Assembly: GCA_965202585.1 (NCBI GenBank)
Contig: OZ241829.1
Location: 73,160,001-73,224,000 of the forward strand
DNA from: Thalia democratica
Taxonomy: Eukaryota
Length of the DNA stretch: 64,000 nucleotides
Reading direction: 5' to 3'
The notes under the pieces are model-generated. The model ran no database searches. It was not told the origin of the DNA and saw only the letters and a list, made by a program, of their open reading frames with translations. Positions within the stretch are counted from its first letter, which is position 1. The number at the start of each line of letters is the position of its first letter. The translations under genes were made by a program, and so were the position numbers. Positions 61,061-64,000 of the stretch are shown in pieces.

Positions 61061-64000
61061 TCAGGCTAATTCAACTCACAAAATTGTTACGACATGAAGT
61101 AGTGACTTTCAAAAATAAAACATCAATGAATAAGAAGATTGAACATAGATAATATGAACGTAAACAACATGTATACAAATAACATGCATGGTATCAAAAT
61201 ATAAATAAGCATGCTCACAGAAAAAATAATTCCTGCCAGAGCCGCATTTCACTAAGGATAAACTAAGTCAGCATTATCTTGTTGCAAAATGAAATACATA
61301 AGATCAAAAACAAAGTTTTCTAAAAAGTTCTCGATTGAATGATTACAAAGGAGAAATAAATTGTACATTCACATACATAACAACAGTGGACAACTAAAAG
61401 TCATAATCACTCGCAAGTCTGTTTAAAGGTTCTGGTTCTGTTGAAAGAATCTCTACGTGTCTGTGTAGACTATACTAGGCTAGACTCTTTTAAATAATTT
61501 CCGCAAAGATCGATTTATTATCGGCTATCGTTCCAATGGGAACTAGTTTTTGTTCACAAATCTAAGTTTAACCATTTAAAACAATAACAAATAATACAAT
61601 ACAGTACTTATAAATTATTTGTAAGTAATAACAGAAGGGAGTTTAACAACAAAAATCATAAAAGAAGCAAAACAATTAACAAATCAAAAAATTTAAAGAT
61701 ACTATTTTTAGTGCTGCTCAAATTTCACATAGTAGCAATATGTGTGTTTCGTTTTGCATTTACTGATTTGAATATTTGGGTAGTTTACTTCAGAGTGTTT
61801 TAAATAACTAGTTGTTTGAACAACGCTTATATAAAGTATGTGTTTTGTGGGTTTATTGTTTTTCTACCAAACTAAAACTGTTTTACGCTAAACTATGATA
61901 AAGTGTCAAAAACATTAAATCAATAAGATTAAAAAATAAGTAAAACTATAACTTTTTATAATAATATCATAAAATAAACGAATAAAACAGTATGAACATA
62001 GTAAACGGGGAAGGTTTCAATATATATATATACGATTACTAAGGTAGCCCGTATTTCCCTTATTTGGGAAGTATATCTTAGCAAGTATGTGCAAAAAGGG
62101 GCGAACGGGGTCGAGTAGGGTTGGTATGGCAAAACATGCTTTGTGGAATATTGTTTTCCACTAGTATTAACAATGATGTGACGTAGTGCTTATTAGTATG
62201 CAGAAATTTACAATTTTATTTATAAATTATATTGAACGGTAGTCTTTTTAAAAGCTCGGAGAAAAAAGTGATTGCTTTTTAATGTTTGAAAAATCCCGAT
62301 GGATATCATAATTAAACAAACTATCTTAATTTTACTTTTATAAATTAACGAAAAAACATCACAAGTAGTAGTTCTTAACGGTTCTTATATGTTCAAAGAC
62401 AAAATCTTGCAACAAAAAACTTAATTGTGATAACTTGAATAATATTGATTATAGATATCAAAACTTACTTGAAGTTTTTGCGTTATCACACCAACTGATT
62501 CCCAAGATTGACGCTAGCTTGAAGAATTTTCGCTTTCTCCCTGCAGTTGTGGAAAAATTATCATTTTTAAATATTCAGCTTCAAGTAAATTCTAGCTTTA
62601 TATATCATTTGAGGATTACAAAGTTTTGACAGCAAATCTATAACTTTTTTACTTTAATAGATAAAATTTATTGTTTTATCTTAGAAAGGACTTACTTATT
62701 TAATAAACTATTACAGTTTGGGCTTTAAAAAGTTGTAAAACATATATAGATAAGATTTTTAGTTGTTAAAATTGTTGAAAAAATTTAATTAACAAATTAA
62801 AATTTCTCAAAGTAGTTTTATATACCTTAAAGCTGCTTTGAATTTCAGTTACTAAAAGGTGCAAAAGACATCAAAAATTATAATTATGAGTAGGCCGAGC
62901 GTAAAAAGATGGCAGCGACGTTTTAGCGCGCTGATTTTAACTTAAAACCGCTGCTACATGAGCTTAAAGTTTAGTGACGTCACAAAACTTTAGCTCGAAG
63001 AAAAAGTCGTTTCTTACGTCACAAACGACTTTTGCCTCCCAGCAGCCGAAGCGCTGAAGCTTCAGAGTTCAAATTTGAAACAGCATGCTGAGCCGCGCTT
63101 GGCGACCCTTCAAATTAGATATTCTGCAGAATTCTTTCAAAAACCAAAGCAGGTACCACTTTTTATTTTAATTTAATTTAATTTAAATTGCTGCAACGCG
63201 CCTTTTATGCGTAATTTTTAATAAAACTCTAAATTTTCAGTTTTGTGTAATGTTAGTTTTTGTAAATTTTTTGTACATTTTTTTGTTATAAAAATGGTTA
63301 AAAAAACATATAATTTTTAGTTAAGTACAACAGAATTTTAATAATTAAAAAAAAAATTTTCACAAATTTATTTTATCAGTTAAACTCCCGCCTAGAAAAG
63401 CAATTTATATGTGAATTTTGTAAATGGTGTCTTATTGTGCTACGTTTTCTATGCTATCACTTTTTAAGCTTTTTAATTTTAGTTTCAGTAAAAGAATATA
63501 TTTAATAAGTTGCCATATTAATATTTACAATTTAATGTAAAAATTAGATTAAACAGTAATCTTTTTAAAAGCTCAAAGAAGAGAGCGATTGCTTTTAAAG
63601 TTTGTGAAATCCCGATGGAGATCATAGTTAAACAAATAATCTTGATTTTATTTTTATAAATTAATGAAAAAACATCACAAGTAGTAGTTCTTGACGGTAC
63701 TTATTTGATCAAAAACAAAGTCTTGCAACAAAATATTTGATAATTTTAATAATATTGATTATAGATATGAAAACTTACTTGGAGTGTTTGCTTTGTCCCA
63801 CACTGATTCCCAAGATTGACGCCAGCTTAAAGAATGTTTGCTTTCTCTCTACAACTGTGGAAAAATTATCATTTTTAAATATTTAGCTTCAAGTAAGTTC
63901 TAGCTTTATAATTTATTTGAGGATTACAAGGTTTTGACAACTAATGTATAAGTATTTTACTTTGATAGATAAATTTAAAAGCAACATTAAAAGTTAACAG

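Larger units (their letters stand above)
37935..64000. repeat. Three tandem 7-9 kb segmental duplication units (~37935-45250, ~45715-54890, ~54905-64000+)
   Basis: Collinear landmarks recur: aactgatccatctttgtcaaaa (39075/46845/54925); E-exon (41052/48997/56917); A-module (41960/49990/58215); gagccgacgacggtcacta (42722/50745/58970); cctgccagaaccgc (45022/52173/61232). 52430-54890 matches 61430-64000. Confidence 0.92.

Overview
Very AT-rich eukaryotic genomic DNA with GT-AG splice signals. The composition and the GCACG/CGTGC-repeat transposons resemble Hydra (inference, not verified). There is one long intact ORF: an intronless 517-aa orphan protein on the minus strand (1897..3450). Four things stand out. 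(1) A ~142-nt rod-like hairpin (17075..17216) has a minimal type I hammerhead ribozyme core at its tip, with no Penelope-like ORF nearby. (2) A young 3.8-kb LTR-like element (33715..37530) has ~99% identical repeats and no pol; its single frame (34237..36288, two internal TAA stops) fuses a Ty3/Gypsy-like capsid region to a Y-box-type cold-shock domain. (3) A window-wide, same-orientation array of homologous promoter-like modules carries at least 31 perfect TGACGTCA (CRE) sites plus AAGATGGC (YY1-like) motifs, many lying just upstream of small minus-strand exons; it was amplified by nested duplications, including three 7-9 kb units across ~37.9-64 kb. (4) There are several non-autonomous DNA transposons (Tc1/mariner-like, Mutator-like, hAT-like) and a decayed RTE-clade LINE endonuclease. 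Most short ORFs in the supplied track are spurious translations of repeats. Coordinates were counted by hand.
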